Source: Deltaproteobacteria bacterium
Lineage (GTDB): Bacteria; Desulfobacterota; Syntrophorhabdia; Syntrophorhabdales; Syntrophorhabdaceae
Assembly: GCA_029777945.1 (NCBI GenBank)
Contig: JAKORG010000039.1
Location: 1,814-25,813, forward strand
Direction: 5' to 3'
DNA length: 24,000 nt
Shown: positions 9,317 through 16,069 of the stretch, one piece after another
Layout: each line of letters opens with the position of its first letter
Numbering within the stretch: position 1 is the first letter of the stretch
Translations under genes and position numbers: made by a program
Notes under the pieces: model-generated
What the model was told of the DNA's origin: nothing
The model's database searches: none
Seen by the model: only the letters and a program-made list of their open reading frames with translations

Positions 9317-10093
9317 ATGCCGAATACATTTAAATACATTTACGGACCTGTGCCGTCGTGGAGGTTAGGGAGTTCCCTTGGTGTTGACCTATTAAGTCAG
9401 GAAGGTAAAATTTGTACCTTTGATTGTATTTACTGCCAGCTCGGGAAAACACACATTTACACCAGAGAAAGAAAGGTTTACATACCTGAAGACCTTATAA
9501 AAAAAGAGATTAATTTATTACCTAATGACATAAACATAGATTATATTACCTTTTCCGGAAGGGGCGAGCCTACACTGGCCCTTAATTTAGGCAAAACAAT
9601 TAAGTTAGTAAAAAACATAAGGAAGGAAAAAATAGCTGTTATTACAAATTCTACCTTATTATACGACAAAGATGTGCAGGAAGAACTTTCCTATGCAGAT
9701 TTTGTAATAGCAAAACTCGATGCCGATTCAGAAAATATTTTCTTAAAAATAAATAAACCTATTAGGGGCATCACATTCGATAATGTCATCTTAGGCCTAA
9801 AAGACTTTAAAAAAAGTTTTAATGGCAAATTGGCACTTCAGATAATGTTTATCCGTGAGAATGCTGATCATGCCAGGGAGATCGCAAAATTAGCAATGGA
9901 AATCAATCCCGATGAAGTGCAGATTAATACACCGACCAGGCCATGTGGCGCAGAGGCCTTAAATATTGACACGCTTTTGAAGATAAAGGAATATTTTTCT
10001 GGTCTTCATTTGATCTCTGTTTACGAAGGCAGAAAAAAAGATGTAAAACCCATAAGCCATGAAGACACAATAAAAAGAAGGGGTAAATTTTAA
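9317..10093 (+). CDS. Radical SAM protein, stand-alone core domain, function unknown
   Basis: 258 aa. CTFDCIYCQLG gives the CxxxCxxC cluster motif. FSGRGEPTL is the SAM-binding GGE-like motif. AAAGGAG SD lies 6 nt before the ATG. The N-terminal YGPVPSWRLGSSLGVDL resembles an uncharacterised Tyw1-related (COG0731-like) group as I recall it; this is unverified. Confidence 0.85.
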   Translation: MPNTFKYIYGPVPSWRLGSSLGVDLLSQEGKICTFDCIYCQLGKTHIYTRERKVYIPEDLIKKEINLLPNDINIDYITFSGRGEPTLALNLGKTIKLVKNIRKEKIAVITNSTLLYDKDVQEELSYADFVIAKLDADSENIFLKINKPIRGITFDNVILGLKDFKKSFNGKLALQIMFIRENADHAREIAKLAMEINPDEVQINTPTRPCGAEALNIDTLLKIKEYFSGLHLISVYEGRKKDVKPISHEDTIKRRGKF

Positions 10094-10290
10094 ATTTTTT
10101 ATTATCTTTTATACTCAGACAGATAATGCAAAAAAAATTGGCCGATGGTGCAAAAAGATTTAGAAGATGTAGAGATGTTAGAGGTGTAGTTAAAGGCGCA
10201 AAAAGCACAAAAACCATATATTAGGAAGCTATTACAGATTAAGATATTTGATAAAGGCTATGAATTAAAAGTAACGCAGGGTATTTAATA

Positions 10291-10319
10291 TTGATTTTTA
10301 AGAAAAAAAAATATATTAT
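10291..10319 (+). promoter_or_regulatory. Candidate sigma70-type promoter for the yeeE-tusA leader (TTGATT-N17-TATTAT)
   Basis: -35 TTGATT at 10291-10296 and -10 TATTAT at 10314-10319 with a 17-nt A-rich spacer. AT-rich context makes chance matches likely. Confidence 0.3.
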
Positions 10320-10580
10320 CTCCTTTAAAGTGAGGTGATATAATGGGGAAATCCTTTGTTCCTTTATCCTTAATATGAGCTTTAATAAGGCCTAGGTTAG
10401 GCCTTGATACATGTTTAAGAGGAAGGAAGAAGGGTTGTTTCTGTTTAATATCCCTGTTGTAAAATCCCTTATCCTTATTTGATATCTATTTTATTGGCCT
10501 TCCCCAATAAAGCGAATTTTAAAACAAGAATCCTTCCTCTTACATAAGTCTATTAAAAATACTAAAAAGTAGGAGGGTAA
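10320..10580. promoter_or_regulatory. Repeat-rich, structured non-coding element upstream of yeeE (candidate cis-regulatory leader or antisense sRNA; strand unresolved)
   Basis: Six ATCCYT hexamers and 10 TCC triplets on the plus strand. A 12-bp long-range helix pairs 10416-10427 with 10531-10542. Hairpins at 10387-10405 and 10491-10510. No credible ORF longer than 23 codons. Confidence 0.35.
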
Positions 10581-10581
10581 A

Positions 10582-11679
10582 ATGTCAAAAAAAGTATTCA
10601 CCTTTTTTGCAACCCGCTGGGGTATTATCACGGTAGGTGCAGTTATAGGAATTTTAGCTTCAGTTTTACAAAAATTAGGTAACCCACCGAATATGGGAGT
10701 ATGCGTTGCCTGCTTTGAAAGGGATATTGCCGGCGCACTGGGTCTTCATAGGGCAGAGGTTGTTCAGTATATGCGTCCAGAAATAATAGGTTTTGTCTTG
10801 GGCGCCATGATTGCAGCATATATTTTCAAAGAGTTCAGGGCAAGGGCAGGTTCTGCACCCATTGCAAGGTTCATTCTCGGTGTCTTTGCCATGATAGGAG
10901 GTCTTGTATTCTTAGGGTGTCCCTGGAGGGCTGCCCTCCGTCTTGTCGGAGGTGATGGAAATGCCATATTCGGTTTATTGGGATTAATCACAGGTATATG
11001 GATAGGCACCCTGTTTTTAAAAAACGGGTATAACCTCGGAAGGTCTCAACCAACACACACCACAGTTGGCTGGCTTATGCCTCTTACCATGCTCGGTTTT
11101 CTTGTTCTCATGCTTATATTCCCTCAAATTGCCGGACAGGATAAAAACGGTGTATTATTTTATAGTGTAAAAGGACCTGGTTCAATGCATGCACCTCTTA
11201 TTGCCTCTTTGGTTATCGGTCTTATTATAGGATTTATAGCCCAGAGGAGCCGATTTTGCACAATGGGTGCTATAAGAGATTTCATCCTTTTCAGGCAAAT
11301 ACATCTCCTTTTAGGTTTTATATCCCTTGCAGTATTTGCCTTTCTCACAAACCTCATCCTCGGGCAGTTTAACCCTGGTTTTGTGAAACAACCTGTTGCC
11401 CATACTATTGGCCTTTGGAATTTCGGGGGCATGCTTTTAGCCGGTCTCGCCTTTGCCCTTGCCGGTGGTTGTCCTGGAAGACAACTTTTTCTTGCAGGGG
11501 AGGGAGACGGTGATGCAGCAGTTTTTGTCTTCGGTATGATAGTGGGTGCAGGCATATCCCACAATTTCGGACTTGCCAGTTCTCCCAATGGTGTTGGGCC
11601 ATACGGGATACCTGCTGTTATCATAGGAATTTTGGTTTGCCTTTTCATAGGTTTTACCATGAGAAAACAGTTATCTTAA
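10582..11679 (+). CDS. YeeE/YedE-family inner-membrane sulfur (thiosulfate) or selenium transporter
   Basis: 365 aa and polytopic. The three conserved Cys-containing half-helix motifs are present: GVCVACFERD, RFCTMGAIRD, GGCPGRQL. AGGAGGG SD lies 6 nt upstream. A TusA-like gene follows. Confidence 0.85.
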   Translation: MSKKVFTFFATRWGIITVGAVIGILASVLQKLGNPPNMGVCVACFERDIAGALGLHRAEVVQYMRPEIIGFVLGAMIAAYIFKEFRARAGSAPIARFILGVFAMIGGLVFLGCPWRAALRLVGGDGNAIFGLLGLITGIWIGTLFLKNGYNLGRSQPTHTTVGWLMPLTMLGFLVLMLIFPQIAGQDKNGVLFYSVKGPGSMHAPLIASLVIGLIIGFIAQRSRFCTMGAIRDFILFRQIHLLLGFISLAVFAFLTNLILGQFNPGFVKQPVAHTIGLWNFGGMLLAGLAFALAGGCPGRQLFLAGEGDGDAAVFVFGMIVGAGISHNFGLASSPNGVGPYGIPAVIIGILVCLFIGFTMRKQLS

Positions 11680-11690
11680 AGGAGGATATT

Positions 11691-11909
11691 ATGAGCTCCA
11701 TTGTAGATGCCAGAGGGCTTTCTTGCCCACAACCAGTCATCTTAACCATGAACGAGATAAAAAAGGTTCAAAAAGGTGAAATAATTGTTCTTGTTGATAC
11801 AGACACCTCTAAGGAGAATGTTTCCCGTGCAGCAATTTCACAGGGCTGGACAATAAAAGAAGTTGTGCCAGAAGGGATAGGTTATAAAATCACAATTATA
11901 AAAGACTAA
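11691..11909 (+). CDS. TusA/SirA-like sulfurtransferase (sulfur/selenium carrier)
   Basis: 72 aa. MSSIVDARGLSCPQPVILT contains the CPxP active-site motif. I chose ATG 11691 because AAGGAGGA lies 5 nt upstream. The track ORF start at 11637 would overlap yeeE and has no RBS. Confidence 0.85.
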   Translation: MSSIVDARGLSCPQPVILTMNEIKKVQKGEIIVLVDTDTSKENVSRAAISQGWTIKEVVPEGIGYKITIIKD

Positions 11910-11931
11910 AAATTTGGTAAAAAAAACTTAT

Positions 11932-11960
11932 AGGGATCGGTAAAATTCTTTCCGATCCCT
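11932..11960 (+). terminator. Hairpin after the yeeE-tusA operon, possible weak intrinsic terminator
   Basis: AGGGATCGG-N11-CCGATCCCT forms a 9-bp stem 23 nt after the tusA-like stop. The trailing sequence TACAAGGTTTGCCTTT lacks a clean U-tract. Confidence 0.35.
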
Positions 11961-12089
11961 TACAAGGTTTGCCTTTGAAACATCAGTTGGCGTATATAAA
12001 ATGCGTCACAACTTAACCAAAAAAGTAATGCCTTTGTTTTAATATTATCCCTTGACTTAAATATTAGGTTAAAGTTAAAAAATTCCATT

Positions 12090-12479
12090 ATGATTTTTTC
12101 CAATATGAAATACGGGATATCGATTTTGATTCTATCTGTGTTTATAGTATTTCTTGCCCATAACAATGCTTATGCCCAACAGGCAAAAAACCTGCCCAAA
12201 CTCATAGATTTAGGTGCAAAGGGTTGCCTGCCCTGTAAACTTATGAAACCAATACTTAAAGAATTGCAGGCCGAATATGCAGGTATTTTGAATATAGAGA
12301 TATACGATATACATGAAAAGCCTGATCTGGGGAAAAAATACAACGTAAGGCTTATCCCAACCCAGATCTTTTACGATAAAGAAGGTAAAGAACTATACCG
12401 CCATGTAGGTTTCATGTCAAAAAAAGACATTATTAACACATTTGAAAAATTCGGGATAAAATTAAAAAAATCCCCTTAA
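12090..12479 (+). CDS. Secreted/periplasmic thioredoxin-family protein (CxxC = CLPC)
   Basis: 129 aa. Signal peptide ISILILSVFIVFLAHNNAYA-QQ. Thioredoxin-fold motif GAKGCLPCKLMKPIL and cis-Pro region RLIPTQIFY. The start could instead be ATG 12105. Confidence 0.8.
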   Translation: MIFSNMKYGISILILSVFIVFLAHNNAYAQQAKNLPKLIDLGAKGCLPCKLMKPILKELQAEYAGILNIEIYDIHEKPDLGKKYNVRLIPTQIFYDKEGKELYRHVGFMSKKDIINTFEKFGIKLKKSP

Positions 12480-12496
12480 AAAACTGACTTGACCAT

Positions 12497-12817
12497 TTAA
12501 TGCCTTATCTCTTTTTTCAGCCAGTTGAGATAATCCTGGCTACCCATAGCTATAGGAACGGCAATTATCTCAGGAACATCATAATGATGAATGGATTTTA
12601 TAGTATCCTCAACCTGTTTATAGAGACCTTTTTTACTCTTTATAATACAGAGCCACTCTTGGGATGTCTCGATTTTTCCCTGCCACCAATAAGTGCTTGT
12701 TATGGGGCCCAATACCTGCACACAGGCGGCAAGCCTTTCTTCAACGAGCCTATTTGATATTGCCTCTGCAATATCTATCCTATCTGTTGTTGTATATATC
12801 TGTAAATAATCTTCCAT
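12497..12817 (-). CDS. cutA: Divalent-cation tolerance protein CutA
   Basis: 106 aa. YTTTD..AEAISNRLVEERLAACVQ...STYWWQGKIE...HHYDVPEIIA is the typical CutA1 pattern. Confidence 0.9.
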   Translation of the reverse strand: MEDYLQIYTTTDRIDIAEAISNRLVEERLAACVQVLGPITSTYWWQGKIETSQEWLCIIKSKKGLYKQVEDTIKSIHHYDVPEIIAVPIAMGSQDYLNWLKKEIRH

Positions 12818-12828
12818 ATCTTCACCCC

Positions 12829-13842
12829 TTAATCTTTAAAATTTTTCGATGCTATAATTTCATAACACGTGCCAATAATTTCAGAAAGATTTGGTGAAAA
12901 GGATATTCTGGAAATGGATTCATTAAGGTTTTTAATACCTGAAGGGATATGTTTAAGGAAAGGTTTTATCCCATTTTTATAGCCCAAATAACTATAAGCA
13001 CCGAGGGCCTGCATGAGCCTCTGACATGAGGCACACCAGAATAATTCTTTAAATGATTCTATATCAGTCTTTTTATAGGAACGATTATAATAAAATTCAA
13101 GGAGATAATTTCTTTGGTGATCTAAAAACACCACATATGGGTCATTTAGTATTGAGGCCAAATCATAGAGTGGATTACCAATCCTCATGCCCTGAAAATC
13201 AATAAAATATGGCACATCGTCTTTTACAATTACATTCTGGGATTGAAGGTCACGGTGGATAATGGATTGCTCTGAGTGTAAGAGTTTTTCAATAATATCG
13301 CTTAACTCCTTATTTAATCTATTATGGTCTAATTTTTTATATTCAAATCCACATACGGCTGTGACAAAATTCTCTAAAAAATAATTATGTTCCCATGCAT
13401 AAAGGGATGCGTCAAAAGATTCCATCATCCTTACCCTGCCAAAGGGAAACTCGTTTATGGGATAATTATGTAATTTTATTATATTATCAAGTGTTTTTTC
13501 GTATAAAACCCTTCTTATATCCCACGGTTTATCCCTGAGGGAATACAAATCCATCTCACCTAAATCCTCTATCAGGATTAATTGCCCATAAGGGTCATGT
13601 TCATATATCTCTGGGACATTTATGGAGATTGTTTTTAAAAATAAACCTATTTCTACATAGAACATATTTTCTTTCCTGGCTGTGCCATAATGTATTAAGA
13701 TTGCCCTTTTATCTCCTGCCCATTTAACTCTGTAAAATGTCCTGTCAGAACCCCTTACAGAAAGAGGTTGTATCTCAATAAAAATAGTATCGGAAATGCC
13801 AAAGGATTCTCTTACAAATTCAATAAGTATCTTATTATTCAT
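12829..13842 (-). CDS. Aminoglycoside-phosphotransferase-fold sugar kinase, AmgK-like (candidate MurNAc/GlcNAc anomeric kinase)
   Basis: 337 aa. GSDRTFYRV, Brenner motif HRDLQSQNVIV and DFQG. An 8-nt overlap links it to the upstream MurU-like nucleotidyltransferase. This pairing is characteristic of the AmgK-MurU peptidoglycan salvage route. Confidence 0.6.
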   Translation of the reverse strand: MNNKILIEFVRESFGISDTIFIEIQPLSVRGSDRTFYRVKWAGDKRAILIHYGTARKENMFYVEIGLFLKTISINVPEIYEHDPYGQLILIEDLGEMDLYSLRDKPWDIRRVLYEKTLDNIIKLHNYPINEFPFGRVRMMESFDASLYAWEHNYFLENFVTAVCGFEYKKLDHNRLNKELSDIIEKLLHSEQSIIHRDLQSQNVIVKDDVPYFIDFQGMRIGNPLYDLASILNDPYVVFLDHQRNYLLEFYYNRSYKKTDIESFKELFWCASCQRLMQALGAYSYLGYKNGIKPFLKHIPSGIKNLNESISRISFSPNLSEIIGTCYEIIASKNFKD

Positions 13843-14563
13843 CGTTAAGTCCTTTGAATACCTCTTTCAATGTAAAAAATGCCTCAGGTGTGCCTATATC
13901 ATACCAGAATCCCTCGTCTATTATAACACCCTTAATTGAGCCGGGATTTTCCTGTATCATCCTTAAAAAAACCATAACTATAGATTCTGGTTTTCGCTGC
14001 TCAATCACATCTAATATCTTTGTTTCAATGGCATAAATGCCTGTGAAAAGGCATGTTTTAACACCCTTTTTCCCAAAGGTAAATCTCATATCCACAATAT
14101 TCCCCTCTTCGTCTACCTCTACATTCATATTATGACCTTTTGACCTCAATACAAGGGTTGCTATGGCTGAGTCTTTCTCGTGTTTTTCTAAGAGTTTTAT
14201 TAAAGGTAGATTTGTGATAACATCACCGTTATAATATATAATTGCCTCATCATCTAAAAGTAAATCGTCAATGTTTTTTAAGCCTCCGCCGGTCTCTAAA
14301 AGCGTAGGTTCATAACGGAAAATAATGGGTATACCTTTGTAGTTTCTGCTTGGAAATACCTTTTCATATGCTTGGTGTAGATGATGGGTGTTTACAATAA
14401 AACGTTCTATACCAATACCCCTAAGATGTTCCATGGCATATGTGATGATAGGCCTTCTGCCAATTTCGAGTAAAGGTTTAGGGTATGTATCTGTTAGTGG
14501 TTTTAATCTTATACCCTTTCCTGCACCGAGGATAAATGCTGTCTTAAATCGTTTTTTCCCCAA
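13835..14563 (-). CDS. Sugar-1-phosphate nucleotidyltransferase, MurU-like
   Basis: 242 aa. ILGAGKGIRLKPLTDTYPKPLL is the NTP-transferase signature. ETGGG and NGDV motifs resemble MurU/GlmU-N-type enzymes. Confidence 0.65.
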   Translation of the reverse strand: MGKKRFKTAFILGAGKGIRLKPLTDTYPKPLLEIGRRPIITYAMEHLRGIGIERFIVNTHHLHQAYEKVFPSRNYKGIPIIFRYEPTLLETGGGLKNIDDLLLDDEAIIYYNGDVITNLPLIKLLEKHEKDSAIATLVLRSKGHNMNVEVDEEGNIVDMRFTFGKKGVKTCLFTGIYAIETKILDVIEQRKPESIVMVFLRMIQENPGSIKGVIIDEGFWYDIGTPEAFFTLKEVFKGLNDE

Positions 14564-14570
14564 GCATACC

Positions 14571-15959
14571 TCAATATATCTTTTCGAGCCTTGTGCCTGG
14601 AAAATAATGCCTTAATATTTCTTCAGCCTTATAACCTTTTAATGCCATAACACCTGCGCCTATCTGGCACAGTCCTACGCCATGACCCCACCCTGCACTA
14701 TAAAAAGTAAATGTATCTATATCACCTAAATCGTCGTATTTATGTTCAATCACAAAGGCACTGCTTAAAAGATGGGTATGGGAGAGCCATCGTCTTATCT
14801 CAAGCTCTTTTCCTATTCTAATAGTCTTTTTTGTGCCTCTTATCTCGAGAAGAAATATTCTTCCAGAAGGTCCCCTTTTTAATGGTTTAATCTCTTGTAT
14901 TTTGCCCAGGTCATACCCAGACTTTTTGCAGATAATGTCTTCGAGTTCTTTTCTTTTGTATCTTACCTGCCATCTGAAAAAATCTTTGGTTTTAATGTCA
15001 AAATCTGGCAATATCATCCTTAACATCTCCCTGTCTTTAATGTTACAGAATGCATCTGGCCTTGAACATATCCATGATTTTGCATCCTTTTCTGTTAAAA
15101 TGGGGGAAAAAGATTTTTCTCCATCATAGATACTCTTTAAATATGGGATATCCATATCCTTCCACGCTGTTTTGTATTCTTCAGTAATCCCCCCACATGC
15201 CTTAGAATATCTTGCATCACACACAAGGCCATTATATGTGAGAACAATGCCTGAAGTCTCTATAACAGCCCTTACAGGATTTTCTGTTGAGATTTTTGTT
15301 ATGCCTTGATACCTTTGACAGTGGTCATCGGCACATACATCGTAGAGGTCATGGGATTCCTGTTCATAAAAGCGAATGATCTGGTCCTTATCCATTGTAG
15401 ATTTACAGTGTTGGTCTTTTTTTCTTTCCTTTGTCAAAAGAACATTATCTTTTTCCTTTAAGGCATAGATGAGCCAGCTTCTAGATATTATGGCATGGGC
15501 CTTTAAAAACTCGATAGGTGCAGTGCTTTTCATTTCAGAAGAAATAACGCTTTTGAGATAATCTTCAACCTCTATTTCATTTATAATGGCAATTGTTCCA
15601 TGGGGACGCCTTTTCAACACAAGATCGCCCTTAAATACTTGCCTTTCCTTTTTCTCCCAGTGGAAACCTATATCAATTGCAACATCGAAAAGAGTAAATG
15701 TAGAATCGCCCTTATTTTTAAACCTTATATCCTGTCCACTGGATACTATGTGTTTCTTTTTATCAAAAATTATTATAGAGTCCTTTTTTGCCTCTACAAT
15801 AATCGTCCCTGTTATTTCTTTCCCATCATTCAGTAGAAAAACACCGTTTAACCCTATAACAGCCTCAGACTGCTCATCTTTGATGCCAACCCTAATCGTA
15901 GAACATGCCTTTTGCATCGAATGAAAACCCAATAAATTATGTCCAGACTTTTCTTCCAT
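14571..15959 (-). CDS. SpoIID/LytB-domain protein (lytic transglycosylase / amidase-enhancer family) without a recognisable signal peptide
   Basis: 462 aa. EDYLKSVISSEMKSTAPIEFLKAHAIISRSW (catalytic Glu region), DDHCQRYQG, YSKACGG, GHGVGLCQIGAGVMA. The N-terminus MEEKSGHNLLGFHSMQKACSTIRVG is hydrophilic. Confidence 0.8.
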   Translation of the reverse strand: MEEKSGHNLLGFHSMQKACSTIRVGIKDEQSEAVIGLNGVFLLNDGKEITGTIIVEAKKDSIIIFDKKKHIVSSGQDIRFKNKGDSTFTLFDVAIDIGFHWEKKERQVFKGDLVLKRRPHGTIAIINEIEVEDYLKSVISSEMKSTAPIEFLKAHAIISRSWLIYALKEKDNVLLTKERKKDQHCKSTMDKDQIIRFYEQESHDLYDVCADDHCQRYQGITKISTENPVRAVIETSGIVLTYNGLVCDARYSKACGGITEEYKTAWKDMDIPYLKSIYDGEKSFSPILTEKDAKSWICSRPDAFCNIKDREMLRMILPDFDIKTKDFFRWQVRYKRKELEDIICKKSGYDLGKIQEIKPLKRGPSGRIFLLEIRGTKKTIRIGKELEIRRWLSHTHLLSSAFVIEHKYDDLGDIDTFTFYSAGWGHGVGLCQIGAGVMALKGYKAEEILRHYFPGTRLEKIY

Positions 15960-16069
15960 AAGATTGGCTAATCTTTAACCCTTTTTTAATAAATTGTCAA
16001 TTCCATATAAGATGTATATGATCATGGTTTTTTAAAGGTTTTATTATAAAAAAATAAAGGAGAAAGATA

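Noticed and set aside
10141-10200. GCCGATGGTG...GATG resemblance to the fluoride (crcB) riboswitch
   Set aside because: The conserved downstream elements are absent (pseudoknot-forming CUGAUGAUGCCUAC-like segment, AAAC junction). The downstream gene context is also wrong.
9924-10217. 97-aa minus-strand ORF spanning the rSAM 3' end and the start of the long spacer
   Set aside because: It overlaps the well-supported radical-SAM CDS on the opposite strand. It has no SD, and its composition (FFCIICLSIKDNKKFKIYPFF) looks like translated AT-rich non-coding sequence.
10126-10224. 32-codon basic ORF MQKKLADGAKRFRRCRDVRGVVKGAKSTKTIY just downstream of the radical-SAM gene (considered as a RiPP precursor)
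   Set aside because: There is no Shine-Dalgarno, only one Cys and no leader/core organisation. The sequence coincides with purine-rich tandem repeats, which better explain the open frame. It remains possible only at low probability.
10417-10436. GGAAGGAAG tract resembling the conserved SRP (4.5S) RNA helix-8 motif
   Set aside because: It lacks the flanking CAGG...AGCAGC symmetric and asymmetric loop sequences, and I could not build the long SRP hairpin around it.
10764-11660. Minus-strand ORFs 10764..11009, 11160..11660 and 11405..11602 inside yeeE
   Set aside because: Their Pro/Arg/Lys/Ala-rich low-complexity products are typical of the antisense frame of a Gly/Ala/Leu-rich membrane protein gene. 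The plus-strand YeeE/YedE reading has conserved motifs.
11637-11690. N-terminal extension of the TusA-like ORF given in the track (start 11637)
   Set aside because: The extension overlaps the yeeE 3' end out of frame and encodes non-homologous sequence. The ATG at 11691 has AAGGAGGA at ideal spacing and gives the typical TusA N-terminus.
11960-12166. 68-aa minus-strand ORF in the tusA-thioredoxin spacer
   Set aside because: It begins inside the thioredoxin signal-peptide coding region on the opposite strand and runs into the terminator-like hairpin. It has no RBS and an AT-rich junk-like translation.
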